Shown here piece after piece: positions 62,790 to 64,000 of a stretch of DNA of 64,000 nucleotides. The position numbers and the translations under genes were made by a program. Positions within the stretch are counted from its first letter, which is position 1; each line of letters begins with the position of its first letter. The DNA comes from Microthyrium microscopicum (taxonomy: Eukaryota), in the NCBI GenBank assembly GCA_010405405.1, contig MU004236.1, positions 2,114,070 through 2,178,069 on the forward strand, read 5' to 3'. The notes beneath the pieces were generated by a model. The model saw nothing but the letters and a program-made list of their open reading frames with translations. It made no database searches and was not told where the DNA came from.

Positions 62790-64000
62790 TCAAGTTTTTG
62801 TTCCAGGGAAGGGCTGGTTCTTGCTTAGGACGACGATCCCACGCTCTCGGTGGATATAACCTTTCATGAGATCCTACGGAACCTGTTAGCTGGATCATGT
62901 TGTGATTGGGTTGGCGCGGCTCATGTGACTCCTCTGCCTAGCCAGGCACCGGCCGCTGGCGATGAGGTCTTGATATGAAACCAAGCATAGAAGACCACGT
63001 CGAATATAGAGAGCATTCGACTTACCTTGTACATCATATTGGCCAATAAGCACTCTACCTCGTCTCGGTCGATGGTCTCCCCAGAGTTGGAGGCTTTGGA
63101 GCTCAGGCGAACAGCAGCCACGAATTCGGTAATAGGAATTCGTGTTCTTCTCTTGCGATCGGCTTCCGTTTGGCCCTCCAGGAGTGGCTCGTACCCGCCA
63201 GTGACAAAGACTTTTCGTAATAGGTTGCGCAGTGCAATGTCCCTTGCGCGTTCCAGGGTCAAGTAAATGCGACGTTTGACAAAGTATGGCTCGCCGGCCT
63301 GCAAGGCTGCATCAAACTCGGCCAGTGAAGCGTGTTTGATAGCCGCAGCCAATGGCAGAAATAGTGAAGCTAATTGTGGGAACGGTGCCAAAAGTTGTGG
63401 GGTTGGAAGTTGATGTGAGGTGAGAATATGACATGGAATAAGATATGTCAAGATTAGTCTGCAACTTGTCAGTTATGTCTGCCTGCTCTGTTCTTGTGCG
63501 AAATACTCCTGGTTTTTGGTTGCTTGGGGATGACATTTTTCAAATGCTTCTTTTAGAAATTCTTCAGCCTGGAGAATCATGAGTACAACGTTTTAGTAAT
63601 GTCGATCTGCGCCATACTTTACTATAATCCTCCTCAATAAAACTCATTACGCCAGAATAGTAGTTGAATGTAACCTGATGTGATAATGGATATTGATTAA
63701 GGGGCGGCAGCTCAGTTACACTCACTGAGCGAATTAGACTTTTGCAAAGATTGAGAGAATTGAGCTATCACGAGTTAGCAAGTCACATCTCAACCAGGCA
63801 GTGATCTGACAATACCTGAAAGTAGATTTTGAAGCACAAGTTGGCCATGTTGTATATTCCCCATTTTCGAGATTGTTCTATTGGAGCACTGCTCTGTGGT
63901 TAGTATACTATATTGTAATAAATCGTGTCCACTTGCCGATCATTTGCACAAGAACCAAAGACAGAGTTCATGACCCTTGCAGCATCTTCTAACTTTTCCA
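62790..64000 (-). CDS. CSN12: PCI-domain protein Csn12/PCID2-like, 3' part (5' end outside window)
   Basis: [92 protein letters not shown]. Confidence 0.85.

Overview
Eukaryotic, intron-rich DNA from a filamentous ascomycete, in two sharply different compartments. (1) 1-~22.5 kb is an extremely AT-rich, TpA-rich, CpA/TpG-poor block of RIP-destroyed retroelements in a nested arrangement: an L1-like LINE is interrupted by a minus-strand Ty3/Gypsy chromovirus (LTRs 4966-5325 and 21068-21427, TSD AAATA), which is itself interrupted by a plus-strand chromovirus (LTRs 13274-13497 and 20770-20993, TSD CATTA/CGTTA). An N-gap lies at 3553-4217. (2) ~22.5-64 kb is gene-dense: E2-C ubiquitin-conjugating enzyme, TGL2-like lipase, a retropepsin-like pseudogene, DUF6594-like protein, VMA10, PET117, a Gly-rich secreted protein, a peroxisomal ABCD transporter, BST1, a three-copy tandem array of an uncharacterised large fungal protein, a TatD/Scn1 hydrolase, PAM18, PP4R2-like, a BTB protein and the 3' part of CSN12. 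The most notable items are a 7-exon secreted Kex2-repeat peptide precursor missed by the ORF track (55259-56159), the tandem array with an extra C-terminal module (43.7-51.6 kb), and a 2-nt microexon inside the lipase catalytic motif. Exon boundaries and translations were derived by eye and family names come from motif recognition, not database searches.
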